64,000 nt of DNA from Candidatus Latescibacterota bacterium (GTDB lineage Bacteria; Latescibacterota; UBA2968): the NCBI GenBank assembly GCA_965198115.1, contig OZ240241.1, positions 5,312,001-5,376,000 on the forward strand, written 5' to 3'. The notes beneath the pieces are model-generated. The model had not been told where the DNA came from. It saw only the letters and a program-made list of their open reading frames with translations, and made no database searches. Both the position numbers and the translations under genes were made by a program. This document shows, piece after piece, positions 21,820 through 31,904 of this stretch. Each line of letters opens with the position of its first letter. Within the stretch, counting starts at the first letter, position 1.

Positions 21820-22523
21820 TGACTGCAGAAACGCACACGTTCGAGAATGCGGATATCGGCGAAGGCGCCGTGATCGAGCCCGATGTCTCTGTCGGCTTCC
21901 GCTACCATCCCAACTGCGGTAGGGCGACGATCGGCGCTCACACCATCCTGCGCAAGGGCACGATCATCTACGGCGACGTCCACATCGGCGACCACTTCCA
22001 ATCGTGTCACTACGCCGTGATCCGTGGAATGGTCAGAGCGGGTGACTACTGCACGCTCTGCCACTCGTGCATCGAGGGTGTGACGCGGATGGGAAACGGC
22101 GTCCGGATCATGTCGCACACCTACATCCCGACCCGCACCTGGATCGGAGACAACGTATTCATCGGGCCGGGCGTCACCTTCCTCAACGACCGCAGGCCGG
22201 GAAGGCGCGATCCCACGCCGACGCCGCGCTCTGCCACACTCGAAGACGACGTGATGATCGGAGGCGGCTGCACGATCCTCCCCGGCGTGACGATCGGCCA
22301 ACGCAGCTTCATTGCCGCAGGCGCGCTCGTGAACAAAGACGTCCCGCCACGCAGCCTCGTCATGGGCGTCCCCGGCCGAATCGAGCCCCTCCCCGAAGAT
22401 CTCGACCGCGATAATCACCGCGACCTCACGATCCAACCCTACGACCTCTGGCACCCCGCCCAGCCACATCCCGGCCCGGACATCTGGCCCTCCGATTGGC
22501 CCGAACCGTGGAAAGTAGGATAG
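21819..22523 (+). CDS. Hexapeptide-repeat acyltransferase
   Basis: IGDNVFIGPGV, IGGGCTILPGVTIG, GVPGR; TAATG coupling to upstream gene. Confidence 0.88.
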   Translation: MTAETHTFENADIGEGAVIEPDVSVGFRYHPNCGRATIGAHTILRKGTIIYGDVHIGDHFQSCHYAVIRGMVRAGDYCTLCHSCIEGVTRMGNGVRIMSHTYIPTRTWIGDNVFIGPGVTFLNDRRPGRRDPTPTPRSATLEDDVMIGGGCTILPGVTIGQRSFIAAGALVNKDVPPRSLVMGVPGRIEPLPEDLDRDNHRDLTIQPYDLWHPAQPHPGPDIWPSDWPEPWKVG

Positions 22524-22565
22524 TCGTTTCCTAACCCCCGACCGCTGACCGCTTGTTGCCGCCGG

Positions 22566-22732
22566 CATAGATACCGTCACACTGAGCGGAGTCGAAGTGC
22601 CGGTAATCGAGGCGCACCACGGCACGTCTTCACCCGTCACCACTCTCTGACTTCTGACCACCGATTGCCGGTCACCGCCCCCATAGAACCGTCACACTGA
22701 GCGGGAGTCGAAGTGCCGGTACTCACGGCGCA
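22566..22732 (+). repeat. Two direct copies (~50 bp) of a CGTC-tagged REP-like hairpin
   Basis: CGTCACACTGAGCG(G)GAGTCGAAGTGCCGGTA at 22575 and 22690. Confidence 0.85.
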
Positions 22733-22758
22733 TTATGGCCATTCTCGGCCCAACTCAA

Positions 22759-24024
22759 TCACCCCGCCAGAAACTCAGCCAGCCTGGGTGTCTCCAACGT
22801 CCGAGTGATGCGAAACGACCCGGCCGGCCCATTAGGGTGTCCCGTATACACGAAGATGTGCTGAACGCCCTCCTCAGCATCGATGACCCCGCCCGCAGGA
22901 TGAAAACCGTCTGCCGTCTTGTAGAAACCCTCTCCTTCGTCCATTGAGCGCTTGTCGAACAGGACACCCTCGAACCGCCACTCCGCCGATTCCCACTCCG
23001 CCGGATCGATGCTCCACAGATCCACCAAGAGCCTTTCTCGAAACGACCGCACGACCTCCAAGCGACCCGTCACCGGATTGAAGTCGATGTCAACGGTGTC
23101 CATGACCTGCGTGTGTCGAATATTGGCCGTTCTTCTCACATCGACTGGCTTTCCACCCGACATCCGGATCTGCTGATAGGACGTTTTCGCTCGCTCATCG
23201 CGGCCCAGAATGAAAACATCCCCATCGTGAACGACGGCAGCTGGTTCGTGTTGTACCGCCCAGAACGGGAGTTCGTGAACGGTCTTGTCCCACGTGACGC
23301 CGTCGTCCTTTGAACTGAAAACCACGAGGTTATGGTGAAAGAGTCCGTCGGGGCCATCGACTGGATTGGGATACTGCTTCCCTCCTCCGTAACCCACCGT
23401 ATTTCCGAACGCGCAAAGCCCCATCTCGGGATGATCAATGATCCTCGGACCGAGATACACGATGTAGCCATCCATCGTGTCCTCCCGAAACTGATCGTTG
23501 AGGTGTGTCCACGATCCACCACGGTCTTTCGAGCGGAAAGCGCCGTAGTTACACAGCACCAGGACCGAATTCTCCCCAGAGGTTCCGATAGCGTTCAGAT
23601 GAAGCTTGTAGCCCTGCTTACTTTCGTTGACCGGCCCGAACTTGTACCGATGCGACAGAGGCAGGATGCCGCCGCGGTTCTTGTCATCGGGATGCATCGC
23701 CTCTCTAAGATCGACCGACCCGGACCACGTCTCGCCACCGTCCGCTGACGTCTTGGCCATGGAGAAAGTGGAGTGCTCGTCCCCGTTCCCGGCACCGTAC
23801 GCATTATGGCCCGGAATGCGGCGGTGAATGAGCACGAGCGTGTCCTCGACCTGCGTCGCCACAGGCCACCCCATATGATTGTTGTCCCCCAATGGGTCCT
23901 CCGGCAGAGCCACCGGAGTCATTTCGATCAGCCCTTGTCTGCGCCCTTCATCGAGCCGAGAAAGCTGCTCTTCACTCGTCGCAAGAAGGTCCAACGCAAA
24001 AGGTGAGAAGTTCGCTGGCGCCAT
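22759..24024 (-). CDS. BNR/Asp-box (sialidase-like) hypothetical protein
   Basis: SADGGETW, SKDRGGSW, SKDDGVTW. Confidence 0.7.
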   Translation of the reverse strand: MAPANFSPFALDLLATSEEQLSRLDEGRRQGLIEMTPVALPEDPLGDNNHMGWPVATQVEDTLVLIHRRIPGHNAYGAGNGDEHSTFSMAKTSADGGETWSGSVDLREAMHPDDKNRGGILPLSHRYKFGPVNESKQGYKLHLNAIGTSGENSVLVLCNYGAFRSKDRGGSWTHLNDQFREDTMDGYIVYLGPRIIDHPEMGLCAFGNTVGYGGGKQYPNPVDGPDGLFHHNLVVFSSKDDGVTWDKTVHELPFWAVQHEPAAVVHDGDVFILGRDERAKTSYQQIRMSGGKPVDVRRTANIRHTQVMDTVDIDFNPVTGRLEVVRSFRERLLVDLWSIDPAEWESAEWRFEGVLFDKRSMDEGEGFYKTADGFHPAGGVIDAEEGVQHIFVYTGHPNGPAGSFRITRTLETPRLAEFLAG

Positions 24025-24092
24025 GTCACTCTCCCTCGAACGTACACGTGATGATTCTTCCCTGACGACCTCTAACTTCTGACCGCCAGCCG

Positions 24093-24872
24093 TTACTTTT
24101 CTCTTACCTGCTCCAACACCACCCGACTATCCCTGAACAGCTGATCCCAGTCCACATCCAGATTGATCCACGTGGCGCCCCGATCGATCCAGCGCTTGTA
24201 GTTCTCGGGCGTATAGCCGATCGACGATCCCAATACTCGTCCACGGTCGACGACCTTCTTCGAGATCGCATCGATCGCGGCCACCACTTCGGGATCGTCC
24301 AGCTGCCCCAGCTTCCCCATAGATCCCGCTAGATCGTTAGGTCCAAAGCAGAACACGTCGATCTTTTCCACATCGAGCATGGCGTCGATCTGCTCGACGA
24401 CTTCGATGTGCTCCATCTGAATCACAATGATCGGTTCATCCTCCATCTCCCTCAGGTAATCTACCATAGAGACCACGCCATATCGCATCCGCCGTTGAGG
24501 TCCGAAACCTCGAACGCCTACGGGTGGGTAGCGACACGCCTGAACAGCCGCAGCAACTCCGTCCGCGGAATTGACCTGGGGAATGATGATCCCCGCCGGC
24601 CCCAAATCGAGCACCGGCTTGATCACATTCACATCGTTCTGCGGAACACGAACGAACGGCGCCATATCCGTCCCTCTTGAAGCAAGCAGGTGACCTTGAA
24701 CGACCGATGGATCTAATGGTGAGTGTTCCATATCGACCCAGCTGAAGTCATAACCTGCTTCCCCGTAAAGCTCGCTGACTGCGGGATCCGAGAAGCTGAC
24801 GCCCGCCCCGATCGAGACCTCTCCTCTCTCTAAACGACCGCGAATCCGTTCGACATTGTTCACGCTGGCCAT
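24093..24872 (-). CDS. HpcH/HpaI aldolase family
   Basis: VDMEHS, VLDLG, RYPPVGVRG, GPNDL. Confidence 0.93.
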   Translation of the reverse strand: MASVNNVERIRGRLERGEVSIGAGVSFSDPAVSELYGEAGYDFSWVDMEHSPLDPSVVQGHLLASRGTDMAPFVRVPQNDVNVIKPVLDLGPAGIIIPQVNSADGVAAAVQACRYPPVGVRGFGPQRRMRYGVVSMVDYLREMEDEPIIVIQMEHIEVVEQIDAMLDVEKIDVFCFGPNDLAGSMGKLGQLDDPEVVAAIDAISKKVVDRGRVLGSSIGYTPENYKRWIDRGATWINLDVDWDQLFRDSRVVLEQVREK

Positions 24873-24969
24873 TCCAGATCCTTTCGCCTGAGTACGATCT
24901 GTTACCCAATCCGGTGGATTTGCTGCAAATTGGGTGCTCCTGAACGACCACGATTCGACGAGGTTTCAG

Positions 24970-26055
24970 ATGAGCGACACCCAATCAGAGAAATCAGAGC
25001 GCCACGATGATAAGACGGGCGCCCGCGTCCTCCAACTGACCGACACACCGTGCGTGAACCATCCGCTTTACTATCTCGCCAACTCCTTCAGCCCCGACTC
25101 GGCCCGACTCGTCTTCGCCTCGAACCGAACCGGGTCCTACGCGCTCTACATCGTCGAGCTCGCCAGTGGCCAAATCGAACCCCTGTCGGATGTCGAAGGA
25201 ATTTACCCCTTCTCAGGCAACGTCATCGACAATCACGCCTACTATACGACCGCTCGAGGCAGCGTCTATCGGACCTCTCTAACGGATAGGTCTACCGACG
25301 AGCTTGCCTCGAAACCGAGCTGTGGCCTCGGCGAAGTCACCATCAACGCGACCGGCGATCTCGATTGTTGTCTCATCACGAACGACGGGAAAGCGAGCCT
25401 CCTCGTCTTTCGCACAGACGGCACGGAGACCTTCGTCGTCCTCGACGGCGCCCGTGCCCTCTATCATCCCCAATTCCATCCAACCGATCCCGAACTGCTG
25501 ATTTATTCCGCGGATCCGCCTGACCCGCGCCTGTGGAGCGTCCGCATCGACGGCTCCGAAGACCGGTGCTTCTACGCCGATCAGGGGGAAGAGTGGTTCG
25601 TCCACGAGACTTTCCTCGGACCGACGGATCGCGTTATCCTGTCGCACTGGCATCGTGGAATCATCGAGGTCGACCTCCGGACGGGCGCCCTCCGCACGAT
25701 CAGGGAGTTCAGTGCCTGGCACATCTCGTCGAATCCAGCCGGCGACCGCATTGTCTGCGACACGCATCTGCCCGATGTCGGCCTCTGCCTCGTCGATCCC
25801 GAAACCGGCGACTATGAATCCCTCTGCTATCCTGACGCCACGAACCAGGGTCATCAATGGTCCGAACCCACCCCCCTCGTCGCCGATGGCGAAGCCCCCG
25901 GCTGGGCCACGATGACCGAAGCCGTCTCCGCCGAAAGCGCCTACGGCCCCCAATGGAGCCACCCCCATCCCTCGTTCAGCCCGAATGGCAAATGGGTCTC
26001 CTTCACCTCCGACATCACAGGCCATCCTCAGGTCTATGTCGTCGAAGTGACGTGA
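24970..26055 (+). CDS. Oligogalacturonate-lyase/TolB-like beta-propeller
   Basis: HPLYYLANSFSPD, VHETF, SHPHPSFSPNG. Confidence 0.7.
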   Translation: MSDTQSEKSERHDDKTGARVLQLTDTPCVNHPLYYLANSFSPDSARLVFASNRTGSYALYIVELASGQIEPLSDVEGIYPFSGNVIDNHAYYTTARGSVYRTSLTDRSTDELASKPSCGLGEVTINATGDLDCCLITNDGKASLLVFRTDGTETFVVLDGARALYHPQFHPTDPELLIYSADPPDPRLWSVRIDGSEDRCFYADQGEEWFVHETFLGPTDRVILSHWHRGIIEVDLRTGALRTIREFSAWHISSNPAGDRIVCDTHLPDVGLCLVDPETGDYESLCYPDATNQGHQWSEPTPLVADGEAPGWATMTEAVSAESAYGPQWSHPHPSFSPNGKWVSFTSDITGHPQVYVVEVT

Positions 26056-26081
26056 GACATTCACGCACAAAGCCGGAGAAG

Positions 26082-26113
26082 CGTCATCCCGGTACGCCTC
26101 TTGGCCGGGATCC
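26082..26113 (+). repeat. CGTC-type REP-like palindrome (second copy ~35232-35258)
   Basis: CGTCATCCCGGTACGCCTCTTGGCCGGGATCC vs GTCACCCCGGTACGCTTCTTGGCCGGG. Confidence 0.75.
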
Positions 26114-26157
26114 CCTTGGCGTCTGCAACGCAGTTCAATTTCACTCCCTTCGCGCCG

Positions 26158-26184
26158 GAGCCTGTCCCGAGCGGAGTCGAGGGG
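26158..26184 (+). repeat. Tandem-GA hairpin copy
   Basis: GAGCCTG-TCCC-GAGCGGAGTCGA-GGGG. Confidence 0.8.
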
Positions 26185-26204
26185 CGTCTTCGTGTTGATT
26201 TCCT

Positions 26205-27916
26205 ATGTCTAATCGCGACCCCTATCACTTGATCTTCAACAACGACGGCGGAACGCTCTTTCGCCCCTTCGCACCGGCCGGCGAGGAGCCCTTTACGAAA
26301 AAAGGCTTCGTCGACCATACCCTCGGCTATCTCGAGAACACGCAGGTCGACGCCTTCTCCTGGACCCTCGGGACGGATATCTGGCGCACGCCAGACATTC
26401 AGGGAGCCGGTCGAGCGACCAATTTTTACAGCCACAGGACCGAGGTCGGCGAGCGGTTCTACGACCTCGAGCCGCCCTTCCATGCGCGAAGCTGGCAGGT
26501 CATCGCCGACCGGGTCAAGCATATGATCGCCGAGGGCGACGATCCGCCGCTAGTGCTTGCTGACGCCGCACACCAGCGCGGGCTCGACTTCTTCCTTTCG
26601 GTCCGCATGAACGACGCCCACGACGGCCGCATCGTCGAACGCAACAGCAGGCCGCTCTATGGCTCAAAGCTCGCACTGAACTATCCCGTCTTCGAAAACG
26701 GCCGGTTCATCGAGGAGAACATCCGAGGCCACATCTGCCGGATGAAGCTGGAGCATCCGGAATGGCTGATCGGAGAGCAGAATTCACTCACACGCGTCTG
26801 CGCGATCGCGTTTGACTACGCCCACCAGCCAGTCCGCGACTTTCGTCTTGCCCTGATCGATGAAGGCGATCGGACAGTACGACATCGACGGAATCGAGCT
26901 CGACTTCCTACGACACCCTCTCGTCTTCAAGCCTGGAGAAGAGCGTAAGCACGCCCACCTGATGACGGCCTTCATCGGACGTGTAAGAGAAGCCCTCGAT
27001 CGGGCGGGCTCGGAGCGTGGTAAGCACCTGCGTCTTTCGGTACGTACGCTGGTTCCACTCGAGGCATCCCGCCGAATTGGGCTCGACGTCGACGAATGGC
27101 TACGCGAAGGCTTCATCGATATCTGGATAGGCGGCATCGTTGACCGTACGCGCCTCGATCTGCGTGAAGTCGTCAAGCTGGCTGCGAAATACGAGCGGCC
27201 CCGTCTATGCCTCGTTCAAGACAGATGCCATCCTCGGCCGTGGCCACCATAAGCCAGAAGCCTTCCGAGCCGTCGCGGCAAACCACTATCGCGCTGGTGT
27301 GCAGGGCATCTACCTGTTCAACATGACAGCTTATCGATACCGCTGGCTGGCAGGCCGGACACCCCCCGAGGGTCTGGGCTTGGACTACGATTACCGACCC
27401 TTGTGCGAGATCGGTTCGTTCGAAGACATTCGACACGAAGACAAACACTACATCTTCGACAACAAAGGATCGGGTCACCTGACGGACCTCCTCACCTTCT
27501 CGGAGTTGGCACCCGAACTGCAGGACCGACTGTTGACTTCCGAGTGGGGCACAGCTTTCGACAAGCCCGTCTTGCCAGCCCTCTTGCAACAGGGCCAGTC
27601 GGTCGAAACCGTCCTCCGGATCGCCGATGATCCCACCGATGCGGAGGAAGCTGGCCAGCGATTGACCGCGACCCTCCGTCTGATCCTCACCGATATGACA
27701 GGCGGCTCCCACGTCCTGACCCTCGTGTGGAACGGCAGCGCGCTTCCAGCGCAGACGTTGATCGAAGACATAACCTATCAGCTCGACCTCGATCTTTCAC
27801 CAGATCACATCATCTGCGGCGACAACGTGCTTGAGCTCTCGCTCGATTCTGGGGATCCCGAGGTCTTATCCGAAATCCGCATCGACGACGCACAAGTGAT
27901 CGTCAGCTACAAATGA
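26205..27916 (+). pseudogene. GHL10/DUF187-like protein split by two frameshifts (~26865, ~27200)
   Basis: FNNDGG, SVRMNDAH, HPEW, DYAH..VR, YDIDGIELDFLR, GIYLFN lie in three consecutive overlapping ORFs. Confidence 0.72.
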
Positions 27917-28017
27917 GTTTCCTTATACCCGGTGGTGAAGGCGCTCCTCCGAATATTGTCCCCGACAGGACCTCAGACGTAGGCCCGCCTCCCCACTGTG
28001 TCCATCTGTGTGCAGGC

Positions 28018-28042
28018 GCCTGCCCCGAGCGGAGTCGAGGGG
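28018..28042 (+). repeat. Tandem-GA hairpin copy
   Basis: GCCTG-CCCC-GAGCGGAGTCGA-GGGG. Confidence 0.8.
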
Positions 28043-28055
28043 TGGTTCCTTTCTA

Positions 28056-28922
28056 ATGAACCTCGCCATCCACACCAGCGCCTACAGCGACTACCGCCTT
28101 CCCGAGGCCCTGGCCCGCATCGCCGACGCCGGCTATGACGCCGTCGAGATCGCTGCGGACATCTCCGAATCACGACATTTCGAGTTCCATACAGCGACCG
28201 CAAGTGATGTCGCTAACCTGAGTGGACTTCTTTCGGGCCACGGCCTGAAGCCCGCGGCTGTCGACATCGGCGGTTGGGATCCCGAGCTTTGCATTACGAA
28301 CCTCGACCAAGCAATGCGTAGAGAGGCGGTTGCGAACGTGAAGCACGCCCTTTCTGTCACCAGCGACTTGGATTGTCCCCTAGTTACCGCCCATCTATGG
28401 GGCTTGCCTGCCGAGGGATCACGCGATCGAGCAGGCGAATTTCGCGATCCCTTTCTCCGATCCGTTTCAGAGTTATCCGAAACACTCGATGAGCGCGGCG
28501 TAAGCCTTAACATGATGCCTCATCCTGGCGGCTTCATCGAAGAGTCCGACGGAACCGTTGACCTTGTTCGCGAAACGGGAAATCCGCGTGTCGGATACAC
28601 GTTTGGCATCAGTCACGCCTTCGTTATCAACAAGCAGGGCCAGACACCCGCCGAAATGATCGACTACGCCGGAGCAACACTCACGCACGTCCTCGTATCC
28701 GACACCCACGACATAAAACGCATCATCGCCCCACCCGAGGTCAAGGCCCACGAGCACACGGTGCCAGGCAGCGGAGATATCGATTTCCCATCAGTGATCG
28801 CCGCTCTCAGCGTGATTGACTACAGTGGAGCGTTGTGCGTCCATTTAATCTCAGAACGCGACCGAATTCTCAAGGCCGCCGCTGAGTCGAAGACACTGAT
28901 CGACCGATGGCTGGCGGAGTAA
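28056..28922 (+). CDS. Sugar phosphate isomerase/epimerase (xylose-isomerase-like TIM barrel)
   Basis: AGYDAVE, PHPG, HVLVSD, PGSGDIDF. Confidence 0.82.
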   Translation: MNLAIHTSAYSDYRLPEALARIADAGYDAVEIAADISESRHFEFHTATASDVANLSGLLSGHGLKPAAVDIGGWDPELCITNLDQAMRREAVANVKHALSVTSDLDCPLVTAHLWGLPAEGSRDRAGEFRDPFLRSVSELSETLDERGVSLNMMPHPGGFIEESDGTVDLVRETGNPRVGYTFGISHAFVINKQGQTPAEMIDYAGATLTHVLVSDTHDIKRIIAPPEVKAHEHTVPGSGDIDFPSVIAALSVIDYSGALCVHLISERDRILKAAAESKTLIDRWLAE

Positions 28923-29058
28923 GTTCGACAAACGTTTTCGCTCGAGGCATCTTCCGATCTGCGGTTGTTTTCCAAAACTCGGCGAACTCTGATTCCGGGC
29001 TGCGCCATTTTGTGTTCATTTGTGTTTTTTGGTTGCTCTGCTTCTGACTGGAGGAACT

Positions 29059-29934
29059 ATGTCAACAATCCCCGAAATCCACCCCGACGAAGTCATCGAC
29101 TTCATGAATGTCGACACGACCGACTTCGAATCCTTCTCACGCGCAGAACAGATCCGTCATCTCGAAGTCGAAGGCTACGTCGTTCTGCCCAACATGTTGA
29201 AAGCCGACCATATCTCGCGTCTCAAAGCCGAGCTCGCGAACGTCGAGATGCATCCAAAGCCCTACAGCGAATACCTCACGACCGGGGGCCAGCAGCCGCA
29301 GTTCGTGAGTCGTGCGGTCACCGAGCTCATCGGCCATCCACCGATGATCGGATTCCTCACCGAGCTGATGGGCCCCGACATCGTCTTTACTCGCGGCTTC
29401 TTTCAGCGCACGAATCCCGGGTCGCCCGGCATCTCACTGCACACCGACGGCCAGCCTTTCGGCTCCTCCATCTTCGACTACGAGGGCAGCTCGCCCAAGC
29501 TGATCCGCGTCCTCTACTACCTCGACGACCTCATCCCCGAGCGCGCCCCATTCCGTCTGATCCCGCGCAGCCACCTCTCCTTCCACGCGCAAGCCAACCC
29601 GTACGTACGCTACAAGTCCCATCCCGAGGAAAAAACGATCTGTGCGAAAGCAGGCTCGGCCGTCCTCATCCCTATCACCCTCTTCCACGCCACCCATCCC
29701 AATACCGATGCATCGCCTCGCGAGCTGATCCAGTTCGGATACCGACCCGCCTGGGCAGGTCCCATCCAGCCGATGGATGAATGGGATGAGAAGTGGGTCG
29801 CCTCATTACCTGAGCGGTCGAAGCCATACGTCCAAAGCCTCAACACGACCGGTGGCGTCTGGGGACTCGAGCACAAGCCTGCTGGAATGACGACCGATGC
29901 GCCCGGCATTAATCCCAGCCGCTGGGGTGATTGA
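29059..29934 (+). CDS. Phytanoyl-CoA dioxygenase family Fe(II)/2OG enzyme
   Basis: EGYVVL, LHTD, IPRSH, LFHA; GGAGG RBS. Confidence 0.88.
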   Translation: MSTIPEIHPDEVIDFMNVDTTDFESFSRAEQIRHLEVEGYVVLPNMLKADHISRLKAELANVEMHPKPYSEYLTTGGQQPQFVSRAVTELIGHPPMIGFLTELMGPDIVFTRGFFQRTNPGSPGISLHTDGQPFGSSIFDYEGSSPKLIRVLYYLDDLIPERAPFRLIPRSHLSFHAQANPYVRYKSHPEEKTICAKAGSAVLIPITLFHATHPNTDASPRELIQFGYRPAWAGPIQPMDEWDEKWVASLPERSKPYVQSLNTTGGVWGLEHKPAGMTTDAPGINPSRWGD

Positions 29935-29947
29935 GCGACGTCAGCAG

Positions 29948-30988
29948 ATGAGTAAGTCTCCGAATCTCAAGGTCGGCATCATCGGGTGCGGCGCACACGG
30001 CCGTGGCCACGTCAAAGGCTACACCGAGCTCCTAGAAGCAGACGTCGTGGCCGTCACGGACCTGGACCCAGACAAAGCACGAGAGGCATCGCTCGAGTTC
30101 GACGTCAAGCATTACTATGTCGACTACCGCAAGATGCTCGACGAACACGCGCCCGACATCGTCAGCCTCGCCTTGCCGCCGGCAGTCAACCTGGACGCGA
30201 CCATCGCTTCCCTCGAAGCCGGGGCGAACGTCCTGATCTCCAAACCACTCGCATTGAACGTCGATCAGGCGAAGCAAATGATTGCGACGGCCGACCGATG
30301 CGGGAAACACCTTTCTATGGGTCTCCAGAATCGCTTCAGCCCCGATGCCCGCGCCCTGCGTCGATTTCTTGCAGACGGCAAGCTGGGCCACGTCTACCAC
30401 ACGCGCATCTGGCACGGCCACGTGATGCACATCCCACCCACGCCCACCATGTATCGTCGCGAGTTGGCGGGCGGAGGCGTGGTCTTTCACACGACTGTCC
30501 ACCTTCTCGACGTAACCCTGTGGATCCTGGGCAATCCAAAGCCTGTTCGCGTCTCCGCATCGAGCTACCAGAAAGTGGGCCGAATGAAGACGCCACGCAT
30601 TTCCTGGTCGGGTTCGGCCGAGGATTGCGACATCGAGGACTTCAACGTCGGTCTGGTCCACTTCGAGGACGGATCGACGATGACGGTCGAAAGCAACTGG
30701 ATGATGCACCCACGTGCTCGGCAGAGTGGAGCGGAAATCCTTGGAGACTGGGGCGTCGCAAGCCTGCGTCCTTTGAAGGTCGAGCTGGAAGAGGGTGAAG
30801 ACATCATTGACGTCACACCTGACACGGACGACGACAAGCCAGGGACGGTTTACCAGGACTTCTGCAGGAGCATTCTCGAAAATCGAGCACCCACTGTCCT
30901 GCCCAACGAAATGCTCGACGTACAACGGGTGTTGGACGCACTCTACGAAGCGGCGGAATCCGGGAAAGAGATCGAAATCAGGGACTGA
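29948..30988 (+). CDS. Gfo/Idh/MocA oxidoreductase
   Basis: IIGCGAHG, SKP, QNRF, GGGV...HLLD. Confidence 0.92.
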   Translation: MSKSPNLKVGIIGCGAHGRGHVKGYTELLEADVVAVTDLDPDKAREASLEFDVKHYYVDYRKMLDEHAPDIVSLALPPAVNLDATIASLEAGANVLISKPLALNVDQAKQMIATADRCGKHLSMGLQNRFSPDARALRRFLADGKLGHVYHTRIWHGHVMHIPPTPTMYRRELAGGGVVFHTTVHLLDVTLWILGNPKPVRVSASSYQKVGRMKTPRISWSGSAEDCDIEDFNVGLVHFEDGSTMTVESNWMMHPRARQSGAEILGDWGVASLRPLKVELEEGEDIIDVTPDTDDDKPGTVYQDFCRSILENRAPTVLPNEMLDVQRVLDALYEAAESGKEIEIRD

Positions 30989-31029
30989 ATCTGCCGATTC
31001 CCCATCAGGGCAGACGGAGACCAGATTGA

Positions 31030-31788
31030 ATGGACAAACAAACGATTATCTACGGTGAAGTGCTGGGCGCAGGATTGCTGGCTGACATCGCAAGCCCATC
31101 TGGCGACGGCCCGCACCCGGTCATCGTCGGTGTCCACGGGGGGCGCTGGCACTACAGTAATCGTGCTGCGTTGGGTGCGGCGCCCGACGTCCATCAATGG
31201 GCGGCCTTGGGCTACTTCGCGCTGTCGATCGAGTATCGACTCGTCACGTGTACCCCGGCCCCGGCGTGCTTTCAGGACGCCCTCTGCGCCATCCGATGGG
31301 TCCACGCCCACGCAGACGAGTATCGACTCGATCTTGATCGCGTCTACATCACCGGAATGTCCGCCGGTGGACACCTCGTCTCTCTCGCCGCCACGCTGGG
31401 TGGCGAACACTTCCCGAAAACCGGTGGGTGGGAGGATCAGCCCTGTGACTTCCGTTCGGCCATCAGCGTATCCGGCGCTTACGATCTCCTGAAGCTGAAT
31501 TGGGCGTGTGGGTGGATCACACCCGGTGTGCCGTGGGATGATGCGAGACGTTTAGGGTCGCCGCTCGAGCACGTATCGCCCGAGACCAAACCGATGCTCG
31601 TGTTCCATTCCGAGAACGACGGTTCGATCCCCTTCGATCAGGCCGTCAGAATGGACGAAGCGCTGACGGAGCACGGCGTTCACCACTGCTTTCTGCAATA
31701 CCCGGACCGCGGCCATATCGGACTAACGGAAGACTTCGTCCTCGAGGAAAGCGTCCGCTTCATCCAGGAGGTCGAATCAGCGCAGTGA
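31030..31788 (+). CDS. Alpha/beta hydrolase (HSL-like esterase)
   Basis: HGG oxyanion motif, GMSAGG nucleophile, downstream Asp and His. Confidence 0.9.
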   Translation: MDKQTIIYGEVLGAGLLADIASPSGDGPHPVIVGVHGGRWHYSNRAALGAAPDVHQWAALGYFALSIEYRLVTCTPAPACFQDALCAIRWVHAHADEYRLDLDRVYITGMSAGGHLVSLAATLGGEHFPKTGGWEDQPCDFRSAISVSGAYDLLKLNWACGWITPGVPWDDARRLGSPLEHVSPETKPMLVFHSENDGSIPFDQAVRMDEALTEHGVHHCFLQYPDRGHIGLTEDFVLEESVRFIQEVESAQ

Positions 31789-31904
31789 TGTCGACCGACA
31801 CAAGCGAAGCCTACTGCGAGGGTACCGAGCTCATCGTTCAATTCGAGGATATGCACACCGCGTAGGGACGCTTCGCGAACCGTCCTTACTCTCACGTTTC
31901 CGCT

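Noticed and set aside
22566-22732. Two direct repeats with a spacer, CRISPR-like
   Set aside because: Only two imperfect copies, spacer ~65 bp containing heptamers, same motif dispersed elsewhere, no cas genes.
26860-27205. Programmed ribosomal frameshifting
   Set aside because: No slippery heptamer at the junctions; single extra G or C bases explain them more simply.
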